A stretch of 63,406 nt of DNA, counting the filler, from Reticulomyxa filosa (lineage: Eukaryota; Protista; Foraminifera): the NCBI GenBank assembly GCA_000512085.1. It is 17 parts of 17 records of this genome, joined end to end, with 100 filler letters (N's around TTAATTAATTAA, not from the genome) between each part and the next. Parts side by side here need not be neighbours in the genome. Positions count along the whole stretch, not along the records: positions 24,556 to 27,891 come from ASPP01013171.1; positions 27,992 to 29,022 come from ASPP01041736.1; positions 29,123 to 30,252 come from ASPP01050165.1; positions 30,353 to 32,085 come from ASPP01001645.1; positions 32,186 to 46,164 come from ASPP01046553.1; 12 more parts are not named here. One strand, written 5' to 3'. Within the stretch, counting starts at the first letter, position 1. Each line of letters opens with the position of its first letter. Below, in pieces: positions 25,226-39,399 of this stretch. Below the pieces are notes generated by a model, which ran no database searches, was not told where the DNA came from, and saw only the letters and a list, made by a program, of their open reading frames with translations. The position numbers and the translations under genes are program-made.

Positions 25226-26523
25226 AAACTCATTTTCATCTTGAAAATTACACTACATTCCTATTTATCGTAGTTTTATACGAGGATGGAAATAGCTCAG
25301 TGTTTAGTGCTCTTCCTTTTTTTCCTTCTCTCGTCCTTAATTTTTTCAATTCAGTTATTTTTTTCCTTTTCGTCAAAAATGTTTGAATAAACAAAAAAAA
25401 CATGATCATCTTAAAAAAAAATATTCCATCTTTTGTCAAGAAAAAACATTGTTTACAAACAAAAAAAATTTTTTTCATCCATTTTCAATTAAATATAATA
25501 TTTTATTTATGGTTATTTTGAATTCTGTAGCACCTAATCCAGTGGAAGAATCCTTGTAGCCATATATTGTTCGCCAATTTCACAATTATTACTTATACCA
25601 GTATATGTATTTTCTACTTTTTCTAGAATTATCTTGCACTCGTTTCAATTGGCACTGGTATTTTTTATATGAACGATCAAAAACGCAACAATGAGATTTG
25701 CACTTATAACATTTACATTTCTTTCAAATTTAAATCACAGTTAAGCAAGTAATTTCATAACTGTCTAAATCTCAATAAACAACTATTTATTATTCGCTTA
25801 AATATTCTTCACTTGAAACAGTTTGTTTTTTCTTCATTTTTGGATTTTCCACGATGTGTAGATATTTTTAAAAAAGAATTTTGAATAAATGTTAATTTTT
25901 CATGAAGAAACATATGAATGTTCATAGGGGTTCATTTTAGGATGATCTTTTTTTAGCTGTCGATTGTATTGCATTATCTTTTTTATTTTTTGTACCTGAA
26001 GATTTTTTTTCAATTAGTTTAATTGTAATTTTCATTTTATATTCTTCATTCAGCGTTTGATTTCTTGCGATTTCATCGCATCTTTCGAAAGTTTGTAGTC
26101 ATTCACGCATTTTTCTCATGAAAACATATTACAAAACTTAAAGGCCATCCAAAAATAAGTTTACAATTTGAAGGGGAAGGATGATTGTTAATAATCACTC
26201 AGGCAGATTTTGAATATTATCCAATGAATAAAAAGAAAACTGACAACCTTGTCGAATGTATTTTGGAAGAATTTCTTTGACTTTAACAAACTACCTTTTG
26301 CAATGTATGCACAATTCAAAACAAAAAATGACCGTGTAGTAAATTCTTCCACATTCAAACAAAAAAAACCAACAAGTATTTGTTTCTTCTTTCAGATACT
26401 ACAACAACAACCCCACAAAACTAAATTTGTATCTCTTCTCTTTCGTTTTCTTTCCTTTCTCTTGTTTTAATTAAATGAAAATGGACAATTCAATCCGGTA
26501 ATCTGTTAAAAAAAGCTCCAGAC

Positions 26524-27810
26524 TTACTTCAGCTTGCAAATCATGATGAGGAAAACAGCCATATTGACTATAACCAAAACAACAAATAACGCAGTGGTTT
26601 GCTGAAACACCCATTCTCCAACATACACTTGCTGATATACAGACAATCCAGTTAAAGCAATTGAAATGAGTATTCGCAAAACATGTTCAATAACAAATCC
26701 CCATCGAAAGCTGATATTTTGTGGCAGCCATTTTAAGCCAATAGAACATAGCAAATTGTAGCTACTGGAGATGGTGCCAATGGAAAAATATTTCAATGCA
26801 TCTTTCCATTTGTTCGCAACTCCTGCTTTTAGCAAAACGAATCGCAACATCAGGAATTCATACAAAGAGAGCGCAACACACAAGCTCAAGAATATCTCCA
26901 AAGACCAATTTGGATAAAGCAGAACAATAACCAAGAAAGGTGTGACACGGGTATACAAATCGGACACAATGAATATGTACAAAATCAAGCAGAAAAGTAA
27001 GCCGTATCGACGAGTTATTTTTTTTTTTTTTTTTTTTTCTTTTGATTGGAGTTAGGCCGGTTGTAGGTTTTGTTTTCGTAGTATTTTCGTGAGTTGTGGG
27101 TGTTGTTGAGCTGTTACTTAGACTTATTGTGGAGCCCAGCGACAACGCCGATGACGTTGTGGGGAGCGATGTTCCACTCTGCGTGTTTACCTAACCATTT
27201 TCCATCAAACGTGCCCAAATAAGTGATTACACAAACAAATGAACAAAGCAAATGTAATCCAAGAAAAGCATTTTATCACAAAGTTAAAAAAAAAAATAAA
27301 AAAAAAAAAAAAAGATGAAAAGAATTTCAACTGTCAAATTGTTCGAATTCGCAATTTGGAGATTGGAGGAGGTCAGAGGATTGACTTGATACATTTCCAC
27401 TTGTCCATTCACTCCTGGTATCATCACGACCATGGTCGAAATGGGAGCAGGTTCGGGTTGTACTAGATCTGTTGCATTGGTTTCTGCCGTGTCGCTCCCA
27501 GCAAAACTGGAAGTACTGCGTCGATTTACAGGTGAAGACGGCAGTGACGTATTTGTTTCTGGAAGAGGTGACTCTTTACTAGTTGCTCGGACTTTCTTGG
27601 CATTGGCCTCTTGTTGATGATGTTCTTGCTCCATCTCCACTTGTTCACTCGTCGACTGCTCCGAATACAAAATTTTCATCACCGAAAAGGTCACCGCAAT
27701 GAAACTGGCAATCAATGAGGCGACAATACTTGCGCTAAACAAGGTACCTGTCCGAAGGACGACATAGTATTGTAACACGAATGTCGGATATGCTTCATAG
27801 ATCACTTCCT
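26524..27810 (-). CDS. XK-related (Xkr scramblase family) membrane protein, 5'-partial
   Basis: EAYPTFVLQYY (cf. ESAPQLxLQ), SLIASFIAVTFS, FIVSDLYTRV and IEHVLRILIS; long Ser/Thr loop. Confidence 0.6.
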
Positions 27811-27997
27811 TTTGATTTTTTTTTTTTTTTTTTTTTGTTGTTGTTGTTGTCGGTATGTGTGTTGTTTATTTTTATTTTTTAAAAAAAGTCTNNNNNNNNN
27901 NNNNNNNNNNNNNNNNNNNNNNNNNNNNNNNNNNNTTAATTAATTAANNNNNNNNNNNNNNNNNNNNNNNNNNNNNNNNNNNNNNNNNNNNGAATCT

Positions 27998-28263
27998 AAA
28001 ATCCAAGACAATGAAGGCATTCCTCCAGAGTAGCAATGATTGATCTTTGCCTGAAAGCAATTAGATGATGACAGAACCTTGATTGACTATAACATCCAAA
28101 AAGAAAGTACATTGCATTTGGTATTGCGATTATAATGCGGTGCCATGCAAATGTAAGTTGTATATGTTTTTATAAATAATTTTTATGATCCAATTCCGTA
28201 CAAAAAAAAACGTACAGCTTTATGAAGACATTGACTGGCAAAACAATTACATTAGACGTTGAG
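27998..28263 (+). pseudogene. Polyubiquitin pseudogene with a rhizarian junction insertion and an intron
   Basis: [48 protein letters not shown][intron 28153-28217]FMKTLTGKTITLDVE. Confidence 0.92.
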
Positions 28264-30352
28264 ATCAGTCGCAAATGAGATGAATATATTTTGATGATGT
28301 ATCGTTTCTCCACAAAGACGAAGGAAATTAGAGCTAACAACTCGTCAGTAAGCAAGAGTCCAGTAAGCGTAGCAATTCATGTGAACATCCCGCTGTCGCC
28401 TTTCCCAGAATCTCTGAGCAATGCAGAACTAATGGCCACTACAGTACTCCGAATTGTCGAAGTGTTGCTGCTTTTATTGTCAAATTGAGTCTTCTGCGCA
28501 CGACAAGTCCCGACCATATTTGATATATGTATTTATTTATTTGTTTGTTTGTTGATTGAAAATTTGAGATTTTATGGTTGGGCGATAGCAATCAATTTAT
28601 TTATTTAAGTGTCTTTTTTGGATAATGTTCATCAATAGTGGAATCCAGTCAATTTTTCAATGGCTTCACTGTCTTCGTTATCGGCAGCCAAACGAATCAA
28701 TTCTGTTTATTTATTTTGTATATTTGTTGAATCGATTGAATTTAGACATTGGCCATCAACGACGTTGACAACAACAAATAAAAGATTTTATAACAAGTTT
28801 GTTTAATGAGCATGTATATTTATTGACATTGGTATATCTCTGTAAATTTCGACCACAACTTCTTTGTTGATCTAAATCTTATCTCGAAAGACGTATCCCC
28901 AAAGCTTTGGCACTGAATAAGAACAGTTTGGCATTTTTTTCGACTTGATGAGACTCCAATAGAATGTGATCTTCCAACTTTGGCAAGTGAATGACACTGA
29001 CGTCCAAAAATTTGAGTTGTGTNNNNNNNNNNNNNNNNNNNNNNNNNNNNNNNNNNNNNNNNNNNNTTAATTAATTAANNNNNNNNNNNNNNNNNNNNNN
29101 NNNNNNNNNNNNNNNNNNNNNNAGTAGATTGAAGTTGGACATCACCTTTGCGGATAGTTGTTGACATGGCAAAGCGCCAGAGACTTGCGTTTGGGACTTC
29201 GGATTATCGCTGCTAGACATTGTCATATTCGTCCCATATTTTCCATTAGGGCGCGTTATGTGAAGTTAACATACGCATGCGATTGGCGATTTTGCGTGTT
29301 TCCGACGTAAAAAGCAATTCCATAACGAAAATCAATAAAGCCGGCAGACTGTTTGTTTTTTTTTCTCCTCCTCCCCTTTTTAAACAAATCATCACTTTCA
29401 TACTCTTTCTCTTCTTGCTTGCCAGGTGTCTTGTGCGTTTCGAGCAACTAAATTCAACTACTCTTTCATGTGCTGATTCATCCAATGTAGTGTGGCTTCC
29501 TCGATCAAAATTAACAATTATTTTCTTTTTTTTTCCATCGTTTCCAACTTCTTGGTCAACCCAGTCGCTGCCACCGTTGCTACAGCATAATGTTGACATC
29601 GTTTTTACTTGCGTGATATCATCGTTCTCCTTTTTTTCTTCCTGGCAAGTCTGCTTTTATATCTGGCGGCGTCAAGGTTTAGCTTCTTTGGGATTGATCT
29701 GGAAGAATCTTGACAATGTCGTTCGCAGTTCCTGGAAGCAGTTCTGCAAAGATAATATGCTCTTTCTCGACAAACACGATGCGCACAACTCTTGCAGATA
29801 CGGAGTCAGATATACAACCAGCATATCTCTTTTTTCACCTATAAACAATCTCCAATGTTTCGCGAAGTCAAATTTTCTCCAATCAATATACGCACAATTC
29901 AAAACCCAAAGTTCTGAATGTGAGCGCTCGTGCTGAAACTGGTCGTATTGTGCGCAATCTTTGCATTCACAAACATAGCACAATTTTCATAACGGCTCAT
30001 TGTCCATTGCTCGTTGGTGCTGATAGATCGCATTTTGACGCCCTTGATGCTTTGCCGCGCCAACAAGTATCAGCAGATACCTTTGTGCGATGTGTTGATA
30101 GTAAATACTATTTCCAATGCTTCGGGCTGCCACTACTTGAAAACGCCGGACTCGTTTATACTTTTCTATTGAGGCGCGATATTGGAAGTAGGCAACGTCC
30201 ACGAGTGGCGACTTTGCGAGTTTCTATGTATAAACAATGGTTTCATAGCCAGNNNNNNNNNNNNNNNNNNNNNNNNNNNNNNNNNNNNNNNNNNNNTTAA
30301 TTAATTAANNNNNNNNNNNNNNNNNNNNNNNNNNNNNNNNNNNNNNNNNNNN

Positions 30353-32010
30353 CCTTTGGTCGTTCCGGAGTTCGAATATACCATGATTTCTGGATAAATT
30401 CATCGACTGGATAATACCAGGGAAATGTGTGATCAGCCTTTATAACTTCAGAGCCTTTGATATGTTCTGGGAGAGGTAAGCTGCGTAATATGTCCAATCC
30501 TTGCGCATCAAATGTATTAACCCATAATCCACTGTCCTCTACACTCAGTAACAAAAAAAAAAAAAAAAAAAAAAAAAAAGTGCACATTAATACATTATAC
30601 ATTATTATACATACGTACTTAAAAAAAAAAAACAATTGAAATAATGAATAGTAAAAACAAAGATACGATCGAGTAGAAAAAAGAAAGAAAGAGTTGAACC
30701 TGTTCCATCGAGATGTTTGCGTACGATATGTTGAATGTAAACTCGCTTGGGAGCAACGTCCGTATAGACACTCCAGCCATACATGGCCGTATACATAAAG
30801 CCTAAGAACACAGCCGCGGTAAGCAGTACCAAAGACCAGCGAAACCAAACAGGGATGCGATACACATACTGAACTCCACAGTTGAAAGCTAGACATAAAA
30901 AGAAGGCAATGACAATAGCAATTACTATATCAGAAGGGACCTACGATAGTACCAATCCAAAATCGAAGCAAGGGGGGGGAGGGGGGGGGAGGGGAGAGGG
31001 AGAGGGAAAGGATAATCCACACAAATATTTCCTGTTTCCATAAATGCACATAAACACATAAAATACCTCCGTTCCGGATCTTCCCATGATAGGGACAAAT
31101 ACACTCAAGACCTCTTTAAGTATCAGGAAATGGACGGATAAAGGCAGCAAAAGGATGATGTTTTGCAGTATGTCCATCAAGCGAACGGGATGAAAAGGAC
31201 TGGTCTTTTGTTTGGAGAAGAAGACAGATGTGGACTTTGTGCGTAGCGCCCAGGACTGCAGCAAGGGAATGACAGTGTGTCGAAGACAGTGAATGAGCAA
31301 ATAGGCAGTGCACCAGTACAGCACATAAAAGGTCATGCCATTGCAAACAAAGGACAGAAGCACCAGGCCCGAGCCCCAGAGCAGCATATTGGCCGCCAAG
31401 AAATAGTCGTCCAAATTCTTGGTAAAGAACTTGGTGTCAATGGGCTGTCGATAGTTGAAGTACAAATGGCAGCACAGCAGTGAAAACAGGCAAGGAAAGC
31501 CATACAGCAAAAAGCTCAAATACGGAGTGCTATACCACGACATGGGATGGATTTTGCTGGTCAAATAGCCGACGCATGCATTCATTACTATCGCTATCAC
31601 GTTCGATAATATTATGCGTTTCACTGACTCCAACAGTTCACTTCGAAAGTGGAATGTCCGATACTGATATTTACGTATGTATTTATGGTGAGTGTACAAA
31701 AAAGTTGGGTTTGCCACATTAGTGCAATGATTAGTTAGAAACATATGTTGGTGGATCACTGCAAAAAAAAAAAAAAAAAAAAAAAGGGGGGAGGGAGGAG
31801 GGGTCGATTAAAACTATCAAGATTTACATCTTTATTATTTTTATTTTTATTATTAAAAAAAATAACTGTAAGAAACAAGATCAAAGCAGCTACGCACACG
31901 TGCAACACATAAGAAAACAGGTACGGATAGCTGATGGTGAAAATGCCAAACCAATCATGGAACACCGCGCTGTTGGTGACGTATACGCGTTCTGTCCAAG
32001 TCATTGGTTC
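30353..32010 (-). CDS. ERMP1: ER metallopeptidase 1 (M28) membrane region, internal fragment
   Basis: AVFHDWFGIFTISY, PMSWYS, VFVPIMGRSG, PKRVYIQH, DSGLWV and FPWYYPV. Confidence 0.85.
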
Positions 32011-33476
32011 CTAAACGAAAAAGGGGGGGGGGAAGGGGGAATCACTACCAAATTTTTGAACCTTTTTTTTTTTTTTTTTTTTTTTNNNNNNNNNNNNNNN
32101 NNNNNNNNNNNNNNNNNNNNNNNNNNNNNTTAATTAATTAANNNNNNNNNNNNNNNNNNNNNNNNNNNNNNNNNNNNNNNNNNNNGCTTGTAATCATCGT
32201 TTCGAAAACTGCAAGGCCATAACACCGTCCGGGACGTTTCCAAGTTTTGATTACAGAAGGCGTTTTATTGACAACTATCTTTTGTATCGAACAAATCGAC
32301 ACATTTGTTTTTGTCAAGCCAATAATCAAGCTACACGCAACAATATAGCCTGGAAAAATACCTCACGCCAAACCGGATCGCACGTTTGAACAACATTTTT
32401 TTAAAACGAACAAACTGTGACAGACAGTCCTACAGCCAACTGAATGTCATGAGCAAACAGCGATAGCAAGTACATCAAAAAAGCTAGCTCATTACGTGTA
32501 ATTCGAAATTCAAATGAGTTTATTGAAACGGCAATGGAAACAGCATATTCAATTAGTACAAAGCGCACCATAAGCTAGCATGTATTTCCTAGAGAGTTTG
32601 GTTATTATTAAATCATGCATTGAAAATGTCCTTTAGAATTTATATCACAGTGAAATAAATATAAATAGCACATTATAGAAATAACTAATTTTCTCAATGG
32701 AAGCAACATTTTAAGATTTTTAAAAATATCTGCAAATGTAATATTGTTCTATTTTTTTTACTAATTGTTTCAAAATTTCAATACTTTTTGTCCAAAAAGT
32801 TTACAGTTTTCATATTGTGAAATTTGCCAAATTTTTTTAAGTATTCTATTGTATTATCTACAAACTTGTTCTGTTACTTTGTACCCCACGTAAGTTAATG
32901 ATAATTAATGCCAAATATTTGGCATAGCGTATATTAAAAGTGATTGACTGCATATTAGCGCAACTAAACTTTTCCACTGGTTTGTCTAAAAATATATGGT
33001 AACTTTGTTGCAATATCTTGTGTAATAAATATTCATATATCACTCACAAATATACAATATTTGATTGTATAAACTGTATAATGCATTAATTACAGTATAA
33101 ATGACAAATGGGTAAGGATATCATTGTAATACCTCAAATTTGTTTGTACATGAACCGACAAGTATCTCCCATTAAATAATAGCAGAGCGAATAACATAAT
33201 AACCAAATTGTTCTGATCCCCTTTTATTACATAGTGACTGACCAGGTTTCGAAGAAAAACTTTTGAGTAAAATGAAATTTCCTCAGAGATATTTATGAAT
33301 TACTATTTTTTCGTAAGAAAAAAATATGCGAGTTAGAAACGAATAAAAACCGAATAAACAAACAAAAGAACCAAACAAAATGAATAACGCAAAGAAACAC
33401 CAATAAAGCGAATTCTATATCAAATCTGAACAAATGACATTTGTTTATTATTTAATTGCACTTGATGAACGATTTG

Positions 33477-36344
33477 TTATCGTCTGGATAAAGCTCTCGA
33501 AAATGCATTTCTTGCAGTTTTACGTAATTGAGAGTTATCAGAAATAGGACTATTGTCGTTGCTACTCATATACTGAGGAGATCGATCATTGCTTTCATTT
33601 TTTTTGCTTGGCAGGGCAGTTGTCGAATTGTTTCTCACGTGAACTGTACTTGCTGAAGATACTGTGCCTGCATTGACATTTTCTTTATGCTCCTCATCGT
33701 TTAATATACCATCCAAGTCCATGTCATGTAATATTTGTTCGATATTATCAGGCGAGTTGCTTATATTGCTGTTCGTGTTTTGAAGCTGCAGTCCCTCGTG
33801 TTGTGTGTTACTATTGCTTGATGTTGCCGACAAGCCAATATTTACCCCATTGTCTGACTTCTTCGATTGTCTGGATTCTGTCTCTGTCACTGTCACTCGC
33901 ATTTTGTCATTGTCGTCCTTGCCATCGTCATTGTCACTATCGTCTTCCTTATCTTTGTCTTCGTCTTTTGCTCCAAACAGACCTTTTTTTTATGTATATG
34001 TGTGATTACTCAAAAAAAAAAAAAAAAAGATAAAAAAAAAAAAAAAGTACCAAAAAAGTTGCCCAAGAGAGAACGACTGCTAGCACTTTTGGTGATAGTA
34101 ACATCAATGGTAGTCTTTGGACGTTGCAAGTCGCCCATTTTTTTTTTTCTCGTCGTCCATGCGTTTGATTTCTTTTTCCATAATTCGAATCATAAAGTCG
34201 TGGTACTGATAAAACGGCAGATATCTGGTTTGTTCAATCAGGGCCTCGTTGGAAATGGTAGTTACCAATGGGAACTTAATCTTCACCGACGAAGCCGACA
34301 AATGTAAGTACTCTTTTATCACATCTGCTACGAACTCGTCTTTGTCCTTCTCACTCATCTTTTTACTCTTTGTCTTCGTCTTCCCTTTCACACTCATCCG
34401 CTTCGTGTCCTCCTTGTTCAAAGTCGCCATTCTTCTTTCGTCGTCATGTCCTTCTTCGTGCTCTTCTACTATTCGTTATTGTTTTGTTTGTGCACAGTAG
34501 TTTGCCGTACCATCAAATCAAGCATTATTTATGCGTAATACGCACATACCTTGTCCTCCTTGGTCCTCGTCCACGCCATCTTCTGGGTCATCGTACAGCT
34601 GCGTCAGCACAAGGGTGTTGTCTCCGCTGGCCATTGCTAACCCCGTCAAATCAGTCAATTCTGGGTTTTGCTAAAGTCGTTTCATGACAAAAAAACAAAA
34701 AAAAAAAATTGATTTTGAATTCGCACATTTCTTAAATTGATAATATATGGACACATACAATACAAAAAAAAAAAAAAAAAGCGTCGGCATTTACACAAAT
34801 AAGTTTTTTTGTGTTGTAACGAAAACATTTTGGTCCGACATCATCGGACCGTGGCGCAATTGACGAGTTTGGATCACATTGACTTGTGACAACAGCTCAA
34901 TTTCATGGGTACGTTGCTCTAGCTCCGTTTGGAGCTCTTCCAGCCTTTGTTCCAATCGCGAATTTTGAGCGGCCAACACAACCACTTCCTTTGCAATCGT
35001 TCGCGCTTCTTCTTTGCCCTGCGCGACGATTGCTTGGGACGCACGTTCCAATTGTTCATACTATTTGTATATACATATACAGCAGTTTTTTTTTTTTTGG
35101 ATTGACGACAAACATAATTGTTCTCCAGGTTTTTTTTTTTTTTGATGACCCCTTGTCCCCTGTCCTCTTCCTCTCTTTACAACGTTAGAACAAGGAGAAT
35201 ACCTTTTGTTGCAACTTCTCATAAGCAAGACCGACTTTGGACATTTCGTCCAATTTCTCATACAATTGGTTCCGTTCTTTCAACCAATCGTCTGACCGTT
35301 TCATTTCTTCTTTGAGCTGCTTTCGCAACTCTTCTTCTACATTTTCACGTGGCAAGGACCGCTTCTCCCCAATCCCTGCGCCTGAACTATAGTCCATGCC
35401 ATCGAGATTCGTCAGCGTATCACCATTGTTAAACTTATTTTTTGCAAAAGGGGAGGACCCAACCATAACAAAAACTTTATGTCAAGTTGCTTTTATTGTC
35501 TGTTTGTAATGGTATTGTGTGTATGTGTGTGTGTGTGTGCAAAGACAACAAAAACTTTGTCCTTCAGTTGTGCCAAGTGCTGTTGTTCAATTGATTGCAA
35601 TGTCTTTTCTTTCTTGAGCAGTTCGTTTTGCAGTTGGACCACCATTTGCGAGTGCTCTTCTAAACTTATTCGCAAGTGTTCGAGCTCCTTTCCGTAATCT
35701 GTTTCTATCGTTGACAGCTTCGATTGATATTCTTTTTCCAAACTCGACAGCTGCTCTTCCAAACTCACGCATTCGTTCTTTAGCTTTACACCACACGTAC
35801 ACACACATTACGCATTTATTATATACACATTTTCTCGTTTTATGGCTGATTTACGTACGTATCAATTTGTGACAGAAAAACAGTAATATTACCAAAAAAA
35901 AAAAAGTATACGTGTCTCTATAAAAAGTGTGCGCCTGGAGGAGAACAGAGAAGTAGTTTAGTATGATTAATAATTGGATATTCTTGTTTGCTGTGTTTGT
36001 TTTTTTGCTGATACCTTGGCATTGGTAACAGTTAAGTTGTCGGCAATTTCTAAGACTGATAAAAACTGATTCTCTTTTTGCTGAATAATTTTTTGCAAAC
36101 GATCCAACTCACGCTGCGATCGCATGTCGACAGATGTTCGCGTTAATTCGTTCATGGCTGTTGGGTTATTCACAGCCAATAATGCTAAACTCGACATAGT
36201 GTGGTGTGAGGGCTGGCTACTTTCGGCATGTACTTCGGTTATGCTCATTGTGTTTTTTGTTGTTTTTTTTTTGCGTTTGTACTTGGCCGATATGTTGTCT
36301 TCTTTATTGGATCGGTTTGAAGTCAGTTTTAATGGTGATGTCAT
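33477..36344 (-). CDS. Long coiled-coil protein with a small globular segment and low-complexity tail (multi-exon)
   Basis: Successive minus-strand exons with heptad E/K/Q/L content; segment EYLHLSASSVKIKFP...LPFYQYHDFM; GT-AG boundaries. Confidence 0.6.
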
Positions 36345-36747
36345 CTCTTGGAAAAAGAGTCTTGAGAATCGATCAAAAGATTGCTTTTTCAGAAAAGTAC
36401 AATGGATTACGACAGGACTGAAAAACTTTCCTTTCTTGTTCTCCTTGACGATCCTTAGACATGTTTTTTAGGTCTTGGCAACGTACTTCACACTTGCCAA
36501 TCTTATTTTAATTGATAGTTCAATAATATCTTATACAAAATCGGTCTTATTTTTTGTTCATAGCTATTATAACTGTTATCAATATTTGTTTTTAAAAATG
36601 TGATTTGCAATCTTTTTCTCAAATTTCTAGATAATGAATAAATTGATTGAACAGTTGTTCGTAGGGTTGTATACTAGTTTTTTTTTTTTGCCTCTATAAA
36701 ACTTTACTCCATCTTTTCCAACATTTTATTGATCTTTTCTTCAAAGA

Positions 36748-38620
36748 ATGTCTTCCGAAAAACGAGTTTCTAAGTTAGCAGAGCAGCTAACCACCAAGGT
36801 AAAATTTTCATAGTGTTTTTGTCAGGCGTGGGGATTACGTCTTTTTACAAGGAAATATTGCGTGAGCCAATTTAAAAAAAATGTGTTTTTCTGTTTACAG
36901 ACAAATATTAGTGAATTATTTCCATCCCCTTCAAGTGCTTCAAGTGCCCACAAAGACCATTTGTCAACCTTGCAATTGCAAGATGATGAATTCTTGTTCT
37001 CCTCTGAGTCGGTGAATGAAGGCCACCCTGATAAATTGTGCGATATTGTCTCCGACTCAGTGTTGGATGCCTGCCTTACTCAAGATCCCAACTCTTATGT
37101 GGCTTGTGGTACGAATAAACTTTTTTTTTTGCTACTTGTTGTTTTTCGAAACTGATTCAAAAATTTTGGTGCGCGTTTACGCACTGTTTATGATAAATTT
37201 TTTCAAAGGTTTTCTCTCTGCACTACTTCACAATAAAATAAAATTACAGAAAGTGCTGCGAAAACCGGTATGATCATGATATTCGGAGAAATAACAACAA
37301 AGGCAAAATTAGACTACGATAAAGTGGTTCGTGATGCCATTAAAAAAGTTGGATACGACGACAAAGCAAAAGGATTTGATTATAAAACTTGCAATGTTGT
37401 TGTTGCCATCGAGGCGTTTAGTTTTTTTCCGAAATTGCGAGAGTGATTTTTTTTTTTTTTAAACACGTCAAATTTTCGAAAATTGGAAAGAAAAAGAAAA
37501 ACAAAAAAACGTACACAAAAAATTATTAAAGACAATCACCTGATATTGCCCAAGGTGTGCACGAAAATCGTCGTGACGAAGATATTGGGGCTGGTGATCA
37601 AGGTATCATGTTTGGATACGCCACCGATGAAACGGAAGAAATGATGCCATTGTCTCATGTGTTGGCGACGAAATTGGGAAAACGCTTGACTGATGTTCGA
37701 AAACAAGGAATTGTGAAATGGGTCAGGTAAGACGAACAATTAAAAGGATGAGGGGAAAAAATTAGGAGGGAGGAAATTGCACAATTGCAAAAATATATAA
37801 TTAATTTTTTTTCTTTGATAACTCTTTAGACCTGATGGTAAAACGCAAGTTACAGTGGTGTACAAGAATGTTAAGGGAGTAATGGTTCCTCAACGAGTTC
37901 ACACTGTTTTGATTTCGACCCAACACGAGGATGGAGTCAGCAATGAAACCATCTCACGTGAGTTGATGGAATATGTGATCAAACCGGTCATTCCAGCCAA
38001 ATACTTGACCTCACAAACCAAATATCACTTGAACCCATCGGGACGATTTGTCATTGGTGGCCCACATGGAGATGCTGGTTTAACTGGAAGAAAAATCATG
38101 TTTGTTTTTTTTTTGTGTTATCATTTTCATTGAGTTTCCTCGAAGAGACCACGTTTTGTAAATTACAATGATAATGTAGTGTTGATACCTACGGAGGCTG
38201 GGGTGCTCACGGAGGTGGTGCATTCAGTGGAAAAGATCCATCCAAGGTTGACCGATCAGCAGCTTATGCAGCTCGTTGGATTGCAAAATCCTTGGTTGCA
38301 AACAAATTGTGCCGCCGATGTTTGGTGCAATTATCGTATGCTATCGGTGTTGCTGAGCCTCTTTCAGTTAGTTGTTATTATTTTTTTTTTTTGACTTTTT
38401 TAAACATTCTAATTTTGTGTATCAGGTTTTTGTGGAAACTTACGGAACCCACGCTCGTCCATTGAAAGAAATCTACCAAATCATCAACAAAAACTTTGAC
38501 TTGAGACCTGGCATTATCATCCGCGAGTTGAAACTCCGCCGACCAGTCTTTGCCCAAACTGCTTCTTATGGTCACTTTGGACGATCAGAATTCACTTGGG
38601 AACAACCAAAGAAATTATAA
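36748..38620 (+). CDS. MAT: S-adenosylmethionine synthetase (canonical MAT), 7 exons, with an N-terminal extension
   Basis: [64 protein letters not shown] and YGHFGR; all exons splice in frame. Confidence 0.97.
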
Positions 38621-39399
38621 GTTGATAATATTCTAAAATTTTCTTGTAGGCTTGTGTTGAGTGAAGTAAAGTTAGCAGACGGATTGCAATTTTTGTTTAA
38701 ATAACTTGTGTTATTCTGTCGATAAAACTTGTTTTAAAGTTGATCTCATCAACTCAGGCCTTCGAGGTTAGTTTTTACCTTTATTAAGTACACAACTTGT
38801 TTTCAAATTTTAGAGCAAAAAGTAACACAGTGCCATTCAATTATTTTAATTGAGTAAAAAGTTATTTTGTGATAGGATAAGCTCGGTTATAAATTCCAAA
38901 GTTCAAGGGAAACTGGGTTAGATTTTCTTATAAAAACTCACTTTTCTCCTTGGTTTACTCTTTTCTTTCTCTTGTTGTAATTCTTATTAATTTACTCTTT
39001 TTACAAACTTGTGTCAGATTTAGTTCCTTTTGTATTACACTTAGTCTCAGCATTCCTAAGCTTGGCATTGTCACTGAACAAAACCCAACCATATCGTAAC
39101 TGCAAGAACAAGTTGGAGACGAAACAATCGACGTAAGTGAAATTTCAAGTATGCACAGGAATTTGCAGATAGGAGAACGAGTAAAAGATAATGGATTGGT
39201 AATATCAGAGCTATCAATAAATCGAAGGATCAAAAGAAATTGCAAATGGACAGAAGAAAATGCCGACACAAAAAAATTTTGGCAAAACTATTGCAAAAAA
39301 CAGTGAGTTTGCTTATGTCTGTATTAGATATTGATTTAGACGATGCAACAACAATTAATGATGCTACAAAAACATGTCACAAGACTAACAAAGTCATTG

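Noticed and set aside
27998-28140. Alternative genetic code or stop-codon reassignment suggested by in-frame stops in ubiquitin
   Set aside because: The stops replace different residues (Q, R, G, R) and come with missense changes; intact genes end in TAA or TGA normally.
29123-30252. Coding-like contig with ORFs on both strands
   Set aside because: Probably a decayed minus-strand gene, but no family motif could be recognised.
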